A DNA stretch of 64,000 nt, taken from Anaerolineae bacterium (lineage in GTDB: Bacteria > Chloroflexota > Anaerolineae > Epilineales > Epilineaceae). The position numbers and the translations under genes were made by a program. The DNA lies in NCBI GenBank assembly GCA_034432155.1, contig DAOUCP010000098.1, forward strand, positions 583-64,582, written 5' to 3'. This document shows, piece after piece, positions 26,993-36,182 of the stretch (position 1 is the stretch's first letter; each line of letters opens with the position of its first letter). Below the pieces are notes generated by a model. That model was not told where the DNA came from and ran no database searches. It saw only the letters and a program-made list of their open reading frames with translations.

Positions 26993-29800
26993 GTGGTGTC
27001 CGATTCAGAGTTCCTCCCGCCATACCTTACGGAAGAGCAGCGGGAAGCCATCCTCCACCGCGGCGGACCGCTGCTCATTATCGCCGGTCCGGGCTCCGGC
27101 AAGACGGAAGTCATCGCCTGGCGAGTCGCCCACTTGATTCAGAGTGGTCAAGCGCGCCCGGATGAGTGTGTGGTGACGACGTTCACCAACAAGGCGGCGC
27201 TGGAGCTTAAGGACCGAATCCACGACAAGCTGCCCGGCGTCAATGTCGAGCTCATGCAGGTCTCGACCATTCACGCATTCTGTGCCGAGTTGCTGCGCCG
27301 CTACCAGCCGGGCGGCTACAGGATCCTGGATGCCGAGGGGCAGTTCCTGTTCGTCTATGCGCGCCGGCGAGATCTAGGCCTAGGCGACTTTGTCAAGGGA
27401 CGGCCATATGACTTCTTCGCCGAGGTCATCGCCACCTTCAACCAGGCCACCGAGGAACTCGTTGAGCCAGACGTCCTGCTCGCCCACTGCGAACAGGGGC
27501 TGGGCACCTGTTGCGAAAAGGAAAGCGACCTGTGGCGTGCGCGTGCGGCCGTAGCGGAGGCCTACCGCCGGTACCGCCACCTGCTTCAGGAGCGGCGGCT
27601 GACCGATTTCGCGTTCTTGCAGCGCCACGCCTTGGACTTGCTTACCGAGCGAGCCGATGTGCTGGCTGCGTTGCGGGAGCGCTGCCGCGAGATCCTGGTG
27701 GACGAATACCAGGACACCAACGCGCTGCAGGACCGGCTGCTGGAGCTGATCGCCGGGAACGATGGCCATCTCACGGTGGTGGGCGACGATGACCAGAGCA
27801 TCTACCGTTTCCGAGGCGCAACCGTCAAGAACATTCTGACGTTCCCGACGCACTTTCCTAAAGCACGAGTTGTTCACCTCAGTCAGAACTTCCGCAGTCG
27901 GGAGCCGATCCTGGACCATTCCCTGCGCGTCATCGTCCACAACCCAGCGCGCTATCCGAAAGAGCTCTTCACGCGACGCGGGCCGGGTAGTGACGTCGTC
28001 CTGATCTACCGGCGAACGGCCGAGGAGGAGGCCGCTGCCGTCACCGCTCTACTGCAACGATTGCGGCAAGCGGGCAAGATCCGCCGCTGGAGCGACGTGG
28101 CAGTCCTCCTGCGGAGCGTCCGGTCTTACGCTGATCCGTACGTGCAGGCCATGGCAGCTGCCGGGATTCCCTGCCTGGTCACCGGCGACGCCACCTTCTT
28201 CGAACGGGACGAAATCGCCCAGCTCTATCGGCTGCTCAGCTTCCTGGCTGCCTCCAAGCCCTGGGGTGACATCTACGTGCGCCAGAGCGTGGTGGGACTT
28301 AGCGCCGAGACCTGCGAGGCTTTGGCGCAGTATGATGGTGATCTGCGCGCCGTCGCCGACGATGACAGCCTGTGTCGGATTGGCGTGCGAAATCCCGACG
28401 ATCGCCAGCGCCTTCTGGCTTTGCTGCGGCTGAAAGAGCGAGTACTGGCTGGCCGGCACCGGAGCCTAATCTGGGTATTCCACCGCCTCCTTGCAGCGAC
28501 CGGCTACTTTGCTCGCTGCGAGCGCGAGGGTCGGGCGGAGTGCCTACAGAACCTCGGCGTGCTGAGCCGCCTGGTGGCCGCCTTCGACGAGCACGGGGGC
28601 ACGACCAACTTCTACCCGTTCCTGGACTACCTGAAGCTACTGCGAGAGGGTGGCGTAGACCCGGTGGCTGTGCCGCCGCCGGATGCCGTGCAGGTCATGA
28701 CGGTTCACCAGGCCAAGGGCCTGGAGTTCCCGGTGGTGGTGGTCGGCGCTGTCATGGAAGGCCGCTTCCCGTGCCAAGGACGTAAGGGGCGCTTCGAAAT
28801 CCCCGACGACATGAAGGCGAGTGGGCCGCCGGAGGTAGATGATCCGCATCTCGTGGATGAGCGCAAGCTCTTCTACGTAGCGGTGACCCGCGCCCGTGAC
28901 CTGCTCATCCTGGCTACAGCCGATGTCGTCAGCAAGCGTGGCGGCGGACCCAGCCGTTTCCTACGCGAGATGCTGGGTGACGACCTGCAGGCGGTGGCCG
29001 ATCTCGAGCGCGCCACCATTGCCGAAATCGAGAGCCGCGGCGAGCGAACCTGGGGTCCACGCCAGCGGCACAGTTACAGTCAGTTGGCCTACTTCTTGCA
29101 GTGTCCATTGCGCTACAAGTATGCCGTAGTCTACGGTCTGGCAAGCCCCTTTCCGGACCCGGTAGGCTTTGGAGCCAATGTCCACCGCGCGCTACTGGAG
29201 CTCCACCGTCGGGTCCTTGGGGGGCAGACGGTCACGGAAGCCGAGGCAGCGCCCATCGTCGCCCAGAATTGGCTGCCCGCCCCAGGGGCTCTCCCTGAGA
29301 GGGAGCAGGCTTTGCAGGCGGCTGCTGTCCAACAGATCCAGGTCTACCTCCGTCGGCAGGCGCAGGCGTTCCCTCGGATCCAAGAAGCGGAGGTGCACTT
29401 CTCGTTTACGCTGGGAACGGAGATCCTGATCGGTAGGGTGGACCTGATCCGGCGAGCTGATGCGACATCGGTCGAGATCGTCGACTTCAAGACGGGCAAG
29501 ATGTCTGACCCGAGTGCGAGCGGCATCGACGCCCAGCTCGACCTGTACGCGCTCGGTGTGGAGATGGACCTGCGAGAGAGGGTCAGCCGACAGGCCGTAT
29601 ACTTCCTCGGCGATGGCCAGGAGGCGGTCCGGGAATGGTCGACGGCACGAGCGGACGAGGCCCGCGCCCGCTTTGCAGCCATTCTCGCACAGATCGACCG
29701 TGGCGAGTTCGCGCCACGCACCGTCTACTGCCGCTTCTGCCAGGAGTTCGCCGCGATTTGTCCCTATGCTGCCGACAATGGGCATCGAGTGCAGGGGTGA
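26993..29800 (+). CDS. UvrD/PcrA-type SF1 helicase fused to a C-terminal PD-(D/E)XK Cas4/AddB-like nuclease with a Cys cluster
   Basis: Walker A (AGPGSGKT), a DEYQD motif, QNFRS, and a helicase C-terminal domain (TVHQAKGLEFP). The tail carries VDLIRR...EIVDFKTGK plus CRFCQEFAAICPY, the FeS RecB-family nuclease signature. Confidence 0.85.
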   Translation: MVSDSEFLPPYLTEEQREAILHRGGPLLIIAGPGSGKTEVIAWRVAHLIQSGQARPDECVVTTFTNKAALELKDRIHDKLPGVNVELMQVSTIHAFCAELLRRYQPGGYRILDAEGQFLFVYARRRDLGLGDFVKGRPYDFFAEVIATFNQATEELVEPDVLLAHCEQGLGTCCEKESDLWRARAAVAEAYRRYRHLLQERRLTDFAFLQRHALDLLTERADVLAALRERCREILVDEYQDTNALQDRLLELIAGNDGHLTVVGDDDQSIYRFRGATVKNILTFPTHFPKARVVHLSQNFRSREPILDHSLRVIVHNPARYPKELFTRRGPGSDVVLIYRRTAEEEAAAVTALLQRLRQAGKIRRWSDVAVLLRSVRSYADPYVQAMAAAGIPCLVTGDATFFERDEIAQLYRLLSFLAASKPWGDIYVRQSVVGLSAETCEALAQYDGDLRAVADDDSLCRIGVRNPDDRQRLLALLRLKERVLAGRHRSLIWVFHRLLAATGYFARCEREGRAECLQNLGVLSRLVAAFDEHGGTTNFYPFLDYLKLLREGGVDPVAVPPPDAVQVMTVHQAKGLEFPVVVVGAVMEGRFPCQGRKGRFEIPDDMKASGPPEVDDPHLVDERKLFYVAVTRARDLLILATADVVSKRGGGPSRFLREMLGDDLQAVADLERATIAEIESRGERTWGPRQRHSYSQLAYFLQCPLRYKYAVVYGLASPFPDPVGFGANVHRALLELHRRVLGGQTVTEAEAAPIVAQNWLPAPGALPEREQALQAAAVQQIQVYLRRQAQAFPRIQEAEVHFSFTLGTEILIGRVDLIRRADATSVEIVDFKTGKMSDPSASGIDAQLDLYALGVEMDLRERVSRQAVYFLGDGQEAVREWSTARADEARARFAAILAQIDRGEFAPRTVYCRFCQEFAAICPYAADNGHRVQG

Positions 29801-29803
29801 GCC

Positions 29804-30256
29804 ATGGACTTCTACGAGACTCTTAAGCGCGACATTGCCACCTACGAAGGCCGACATGACGATCTAATCTACCTGGCGCCCGAGTTCTACCGCCTACTGG
29901 TGGACCTCCTCGATGACCCGCGTCTCCCCGGGCGGCTTCGGCCGCTAGTTGCGTGCAGCATCGCTTACTTCATCCTACCGGCGGACATCGTGTCCGAGGA
30001 AACGCACGGCCCATATGGCTACGTGGACGACATCTACCTCTGCGCCTTCACTGCCGATCGGGTCCGAACCGACGTTGGCGTCGATGCGATCGTGACGGAA
30101 AACTGGCAAGGAGAGGCGCCGATCCTGCCGTTGCTGGAGGAGATTCTAAGCAGGGAGCAGGAGCTCATCGGCGGAGAGCGGGAGCGAATCCTGGCGTACA
30201 CCGGCTGCACGTGCCTTCTCGGGATGCAGGCTCCAGACCGGGGAGGGTTGGGTTGA
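29804..30256 (+). CDS. DUF1232 (YkvA)-like small protein
   Basis: The motif AYFILPADIVSEETHGPYGYVDD resembles the DUF1232 (D-x-IPD...GxxDD) signature. It starts 4 nt after the helicase stop. Confidence 0.45.
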   Translation: MDFYETLKRDIATYEGRHDDLIYLAPEFYRLLVDLLDDPRLPGRLRPLVACSIAYFILPADIVSEETHGPYGYVDDIYLCAFTADRVRTDVGVDAIVTENWQGEAPILPLLEEILSREQELIGGERERILAYTGCTCLLGMQAPDRGGLG

Positions 30257-30846
30257 GGGGCGCAACGGCCGCGTCGTTTCGGCCGATAGTCGGGGCCATG
30301 CCGACCGTGTGCCCGCCCTCAGACGAGCGCGGGGCAGGTCGCTGACCGCCGCCATCCGATCGTCAAGCATTCGCCGGCGTGCTCGGCGACGACCATCCAC
30401 AGCTTCCGCTGCCGGGCTGGCCGGCGTCTCGCCGATAGCCCCCACCATGGCGAGCTGCACCGAGTCCCCGGCCAGCGCGGCGCAAGGAACAAGCGCGCGG
30501 TTGCATGGAGGCATGGCGAGGCGTTTGACGCGCTGCACCGCTGCCGGAGTATCGAGTGCCGGGCCCGGGCGGCTGTCTCGCACGCGGTGGTGGCTCAAGG
30601 TTTCCGCTCTGGGCAAGATCGGTCTCACCGCGCATCTCTCCACCAACGACTGGCGCCCTGTTGCCGTAGGTGCAACGGGGACGTGGTACACGGAGGAGCA
30701 GTGCCAACCCGACTGGTACCGTCAGTTTGGAGGCAAGATCGTGCCACACGGCTGCAAGGCACGCATCGAGCGCTGACGCTTGGCCACGCCGGTCGCGGCC
30801 CTGCGCTTCGGAGGGACCAGGCGCCGCGCGGGCGCAATTACCTTGG

Positions 30847-31216
30847 GATGATGGCTGAGTATGTCGAGTCCTATGGCCTCTACCATCAGAGCTGCGAGCA
30901 GGTTCCCCAACACGCGGTAGTGAGGGCCCAGCTCTCCCACGCCACGTGGTGGGCGCTTGACGGCATTCCGTCCGTGAAGGAGTCGGCCGCGGTGTACATC
31001 TACGCCGCGGATTGGTGTCCCTGCGACGGTCGGCCGGTCAGCGCCTGCGCTCACGCCTATGGTTTCTGGGACGGGCCCGGAGATCGCACGCCCGGGTCGC
31101 AGCAGACCGACGATGTCGGGTTCTGTCTGACGCTCCCTGCTTTTGCATCCGTCTACGGACGAACCCGGGGGGTTCTTCCCGGCCTTGGTGATTCACGAGA
31201 ACCACATCACGGCTGA
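30847..31216 (+). CDS. Hypothetical Cys-containing small protein
   Basis: ORF with moderately high third-position GC. No recognisable domain and a weak RBS. Confidence 0.2.
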
Positions 31217-31440
31217 AAACCTGGTCGCTTCCAACGATATCCACTTCGATGTGCGTCTCCCTTAGATCGCGTTGCGTCCCGCGCCTGGCTTCAGAGGCAC
31301 GGCGGGACAATAATCCACCATTGAGTCCCATTGGTACCCCGATCACTAGAAGCCGCGGAGTCCGCGGCAGAAAGGAAGGGCGCTGTGTCCAGCTCGCTCC
31401 GTCAGATTCCTGGCTTTCGGTCGGGAGTGCGGTGGAAGCA

Positions 31441-32254
31441 GATGGTGGCCACCATCTGCTACCTCTCGGTGTTCGCCTTCGGACTGACGCACGGATTCTC
31501 TGGGCTCCTGTTCGCCTCACTCACACTCCTCGCCGTCGCTGCCTGGGGCAACATCGGCCATTTGCGATCACGTCTGCCGGGCATCAGCTCGGGAAATGCC
31601 GGCACAAGAATGGTCTCCTGGGCAGTTCTGATCGCTGCGGCAGCCTTGACCGGGCTGATGGCAATTGCCGGTAGCGCCGAGCCCAGTGCAGCACCAAAGG
31701 GCGCAGAGAGTCCACAGCCCCCCGGGCTCGTCGACCAGCCCACAAGCGAGGCGACCGGGTTTCCGACCTCCCCGCCGAGCCCGACTTGGGCTCGCCCAAC
31801 GTGGACGAAGGGCACGCTGCTGCCGCCACCGACCGCTACGGGCGTGCCAGCGACGGCCACACGGACCTCAACGCCCGTACCGCCCACCGAGGCACCGGCA
31901 GTGGATCTAGACCCGTACGCCGACCGCAACTGTGACGAGTTCGACAACTACGGCCAGATGCAGGCGTGGCGTCTCTATTGGCAGCGCCGTGGGGTGCCCA
32001 ATCCGGGCAACTTGGATGGGGATGGCGATGGTTTGGCCTGTGAGGAGGGTGAAGGTGGCCGACCGGCGCCTCCGCCTTCGCCCCTTCCGTTCGCGCAGCC
32101 AGCAGCTCCGGTGGCGCCGCCGCCTGCGGCGCAGCCTCCTGCACGCGGCTGCTGCAGGTACTGTACACCGGGAAAGTCCAAGGCCTGTGGTGACGCCTGT
32201 ATCTCGATCAACAAGGAGTGCCACAAGGAGCCGGGCTGTGCCTGCGACGGCTGA
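31441..32254 (+). CDS. Membrane protein with an Excalibur Ca-binding domain and a Cys-rich, metallothionein-like C-terminal tail
   Basis: Three predicted transmembrane helices and a P/T-rich linker. The Excalibur domain reads DRNCDEFDNYGQMQAW...DGDGDGLACE. The tail is CCRYCTPGKSKACGDACISINKECHKEPGCACDG. Confidence 0.7.
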
Positions 32255-32312
32255 GCGCCAGGCGGCATTGAAGCGATATGCGGGTCACAGCGCAGGGTGG
32301 CAGCGCTGCCCT

Positions 32313-33623
32313 ATGAGTTGGCTCTCCATACCCATCACCGTCGCCAGTCTGGCGGTGTCTCTGGGCGCCTGCTGCCTTGGCCGGCCCCCGCCTGCTGCCG
32401 GCCCCAGCTCGAGGAGATCTGCGGACACGACCGCGGCAACCGCCGAGGCACGAGCAGAGGGGCGCTCCGTCTCGCCCAAAGAGAGGTCGGTCGAGGTGGC
32501 CATCGCGGCCGAAACCCAGCAGGCGGCGATGGCAGGCTGGCCGGACTTCCGCACGTACGTCCATCGGCTCGTGCGGTACCAGCGCCGCGTGCCGTACTCC
32601 GCGCTCGGTCCGGACACCTGGGACGCCATCTCGGAGGCCGATGCAGCTACGAGCACCGACGGCCGCGTGCGCACTCTGTACTGCGACCAATGGCTGCCCG
32701 TTGCCAGCCGGGTCAACCAGTGGTGGGAACGGGAGCACCTGTGGCCCCGCTCCCTGGGCGACTTCGCCGACGAACCGTGCGACTTCGTCTTCACCGACCT
32801 CCACAATTTGTTCGCGACCGAGCCGGGCATCAACGCTGCTCGCGGGAATCTGCCCTTTGGCTATTGCACAATGCCCGATTGTGTGCCGAAGCGCTGCGCG
32901 CCCGATGGGCCCGAGAATCGGATGCGCGGCGGTGTGGATGGCGTCTGGGAAGTGTGGCCTGGCCGGCGAGGCGACGTAGCGCGAACGCTCCTGTACATGG
33001 ACGTCCGATACGAAGGCGGGCTGAATGAACTCACCGGCTGCCCGGAACCGGACCTGGTCCTCACCGATGACCGCTCGCTCATCGTGTCCACGTCCCGTAG
33101 GACGGCATACATGGGGTTGTTGAGCGATCTCGTAGCTTGGCATTGGGAGGACCCGGTGGACGATGCCGAGCGCCGCCGCAATGACGTCATCGAGCGTCAC
33201 CAGGGGAACCGCAACCCCTTCGTCGACCATCCGGATTGGGTCCGCCGGGTATTCCCACCCACCTTGGGCCCGGGGACGCCGAGAGCCGCGAGCCCCGGTG
33301 GCGCCGCGGAGGACAGGGTGCCCCCCGACGCCTGGGGCGCACCGGCCGATGGCTTGCCAAGCGGCTCCCGGGACGCGGCCACGGACAGCATGGCCGTGGA
33401 AGCTGGCCTCGCCCGGCCGGTGCCTTTGCTCGGGACAGCCTTTCCCGAGCCTATGGCAGCTGCAAGCGGGAGCCCCAACCGTGGGCACCAGACCTGTGAG
33501 GGCTACCGCCCGTGTCAGGAGTTCGCAACGCAGGATGAGGCGCAGGCGTACTTCGAGGCGTGCGGCCGACCCAACCGCATGGACGGCGACGGAGACGGCC
33601 GCGCCTGCGAGAACTTGCCGTAA
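32313..33623 (+). CDS. Extracellular endonuclease I family nuclease lipoprotein with a C-terminal Excalibur domain
   Basis: Lipobox (SLGAC), endonuclease I-family motifs (EREHLWPRSLG, DLHNLF, NAARGN), then CQEFATQDEAQAYF...DGDGDGRACE. Confidence 0.8.
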   Translation: MSWLSIPITVASLAVSLGACCLGRPPPAAGPSSRRSADTTAATAEARAEGRSVSPKERSVEVAIAAETQQAAMAGWPDFRTYVHRLVRYQRRVPYSALGPDTWDAISEADAATSTDGRVRTLYCDQWLPVASRVNQWWEREHLWPRSLGDFADEPCDFVFTDLHNLFATEPGINAARGNLPFGYCTMPDCVPKRCAPDGPENRMRGGVDGVWEVWPGRRGDVARTLLYMDVRYEGGLNELTGCPEPDLVLTDDRSLIVSTSRRTAYMGLLSDLVAWHWEDPVDDAERRRNDVIERHQGNRNPFVDHPDWVRRVFPPTLGPGTPRAASPGGAAEDRVPPDAWGAPADGLPSGSRDAATDSMAVEAGLARPVPLLGTAFPEPMAAASGSPNRGHQTCEGYRPCQEFATQDEAQAYFEACGRPNRMDGDGDGRACENLP

Positions 33624-34252
33624 GCGCACTGGCGCGGCTGTGGCCAGGCGTCCTTGGGCGTCCCAGGCAGCTATGGCGCCGCTCGCGTCGGCAGCACCAG
33701 CTCCGACGCAAGAAGCACTGCGGGCGCGCCGTCCACGAAGTCGCCGGCCGGCATGCCGGTGCCGAACGCCTTGATCTGGTCGTTGGGGCGCTTGAAGCCC
33801 ACGAACACAAACCAGCTGTTCTTGCGGAAAACGAGGTGGTTTGCCTCCACCTCGTCGATCCGCCACTCCTTCAGGCGGGTGGGCCACACCTCCGACGCCG
33901 CTCGGATCAGGCCGCCGCGCCGTGGCTTGTGAAGAGAGCGGGCGATGGGAGAAGCGCCGCATCTCGCCGAATACTCCCTCGGCGCTGCGCAGCGGTCAGC
34001 CGCAGCTGTGCGTCTCCAATGGCAGTCGCGCCACCACGTCGGTTTCGCTCCTCAGGAAGGCAATCCGGCGCGACCAGCAGGGCTCGGGGGTTGCTCGCGC
34101 CTTCTGGCGTGAGGGTGGCTTGCGCCACTGTTTCCAAAGCAGTCTGGCAACGACACCGTGCAAGAAAACTGGCGTCGGTCCACCCGGAACGCCACATTCT
34201 AAGTTGTATGCCAACCAGCGAACCAATCAGTGACCACAGGAAGGATATGCAC

Positions 34253-34576
34253 TCAATGTCCAATGACACTATCGATCCACTTGATGTAATCAGGCGATCC
34301 GCGTCCAACAAGTAGCTCAAGAATCTCAGGTGTCGTATATGCGTGATGCCTGCTTATGAAAGCCTGAAGAGCCTCGTAGTGATCTGCGCGTGTCTTGATC
34401 AATAGCAAGTACTCTGGCTCTATGCACATCTCACCCTGCCACATATAGATGCTCCGTATGGGGATGAGTTGTACACAGGCAGCCAGTCGCTCTGTGATGA
34501 TCTTCTTTGCTAGCTCGATGGCGGTCTCCTCGTTCGAAGTCGTTGTCAAGACAACAGAGTACTCCATCTTCGGCTC
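34253..34576 (-). CDS. cutA: Divalent-cation tolerance protein CutA
   Basis: The sequence MEYSVVLTTTSNEETAIELAKKIITERLAACVQLIPIRSIYMWQGEMCIEPEYLLLIKT is typical of CutA1. It lies in a ~48% GC islet. The ORF is open to 34720, but the conserved part starts near 34576. Confidence 0.8.
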   Translation of the reverse strand, partial: EPKMEYSVVLTTTSNEETAIELAKKIITERLAACVQLIPIRSIYMWQGEMCIEPEYLLLIKTRADHYEALQAFISRHHAYTTPEILELLVGRGSPDYIKWIDSVIGH

Positions 34577-35017
34577 CATGATCACCTCCGCGGATTCATG
34601 CCAATCGGTAGAGGCACTATGATTGTCGGAGAACTTTATACCCTCGAGAACCATGGTGCCACCGTCGAGTGATAATGACAAGAAGGAGGAGGTAGCGTCA
34701 TCAATGTATCGCCTAAGCACCTGTCGCGCAAGCCCTCGATGGTGATGAGGGAGGGTTTCTCATGCCCGGGGCGGCCAGTCGTCCGTGTCACGCACGGCCG
34801 CGGCTGCGCCCTTGCGGACCCTGGGCCCGGTGTCCGCCTCGTTCTTAGGCGGCAGAGCAGCCAGTGCCTATGCCGTCGCCAGGGTTCGTTCAGCCCGCGA
34901 AGACGGGCGACGGCGGCCCTCGAGCGGTCGGCTGTCATTCGGTCCGATACGTCAGCGTGGTGTTAGTGGGATCGCCCGGCCAGTCGCGAGGGCCCGCAAC
35001 CTTCTGGGCCGTGTTTG

Positions 35018-35100
35018 TCAAGCTGGCGTAAATGCGAGTGCGCTCCCCTTCGGGTATGTGGCTAGCGGATGGGCGCCAAGGTGAACCGCGCGGATGCTTC
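35018..35100. mobile_element. Second copy of the IS256-family terminal segment (end remnant only)
   Basis: About 75 nt align to 23160-23245 (aaatgcgagtgcgctccccttcgggtatgtggctagcggatgggcgc...). Confidence 0.5.
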
Positions 35101-35939
35101 TGGACGCCGTGAGCACAAGACGAGCGGATTGACAGGGTCGCAAGCGCCCGCGCGCATTGGATGGTCCATCGCCTTGGCACTATGGCTGCCACGACTCCAC
35201 CAGCTGTGGCTAGCTGCCGGCGGTGACGGCGCGACGATGGCGGCCATGGCAACGCCGCCGACGTCTGCTGCCGCCGGGTGCATGGGGAGACCTAGCGCAA
35301 CGCAGCATGCCGACCAGCAAGGATCGGTAGCCCCGAGCCGATCATGAGATCCTCGGACGGCGGAATCGGAAGGCACCGGTTGACCGATCGCCGGAGGGCC
35401 TACGGCCAGCCAGCCGACCAGCGGAGGGTCTCCAGCCCGCCAGCGATTCGAGGGCACACAGCGTACACGTACTTGGCGGGGGTGGACGGGGCGTGGCCGA
35501 AGCCGTCTCCCGCCGTTGGACTCCTATCCACGACAACGGGCGGCGTGGTCGCGGGTCAAGGCTCCTCGGACCAGGCGTATCCCCCGCGTCGCGCAGCCGA
35601 TTCGGGCCCAGTTCGCCACGCCGGACTCAGACCGCAACCACAAGCCCCGTTCGCCGGCTCAAACTTGTGCGAGCACTAGTGTTGGCGCTGCAACGCCGCA
35701 CCGCGGTTCAGCGGCGACCGCTGCATCCCCGATGCGGGTCGTCGCGTCCGAGTCGCCGGTGGCGGCGTGCTGGTCCGCATGCCGAGCTCGCTGCCCGCGC
35801 GCATTGAGGCTACCTTAGCTGGCGGGGTCCCCCAAAGGCAAGGCCTGCGCGCGACGCCAAGGCAACCCAGAAGCTGCAGGCAAGCCCGGTCAGACTCGCG
35901 CCGCGAGGGTGCCGGCTCGAGATTGCGGCGGCGGCAGTC

Positions 35940-36182
35940 TCACGGCGACCGGTAGCCACTGCCCGGGCCGCTCTCGAACGTGCCCGGCGAGGGTGCCAGG
36001 GTAACATCCAAGAGCGTGCCGTACCTGCGCAAGACCGGCGCTCTGTATCGCTTCTTGCCGTGGCTTCCGCTTTTCGGGTTACCGTGGGCGCTCGGAACCT
36101 GAATCTTGCCCTCGTTGTGCCTCAACTCCAGACTCCCACCACCTAACTCGTCCCGTGGTCGCACCGCCGCATCCGTTAGCAC
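35940..36182 (-). CDS. Lasso peptide precursor (A peptide)
   Basis: The leader ends ...KKRYRAPVLRRYGTLLDVTL, an exact match to the YxxPxLx3Gx5Tx lasso leader motif with Thr at -2. The predicted core is APSPGTFESGPGSGYRSP (Ala1, Glu8). The GTG start abuts the cyclase stop. A TTG at 36125 is an alternative start. Confidence 0.55.
   Translation of the reverse strand: MLTDAAVRPRDELGGGSLELRHNEGKIQVPSAHGNPKSGSHGKKRYRAPVLRRYGTLLDVTLAPSPGTFESGPGSGYRSP

Noticed and set aside
25876-27114. 412-aa minus-strand ORF and several other 150-250-aa Arg-rich ORFs at 25225-26005
   Set aside because: No domain-like sequence and extreme Arg/Pro/Ala content. They are antisense to real genes or lie in an ORF-free GC-rich stretch.
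35100-35939. Minus-strand ORFs downstream of the lasso precursor as candidate B1/B2 or transporter genes
   Set aside because: All frames give short Arg-rich or low-complexity peptides (for example 35342-35536 and 35810-36007). None shows PqqD-like or transglutaminase-like character. The region ends in an IS remnant and is treated as non-coding or decayed.
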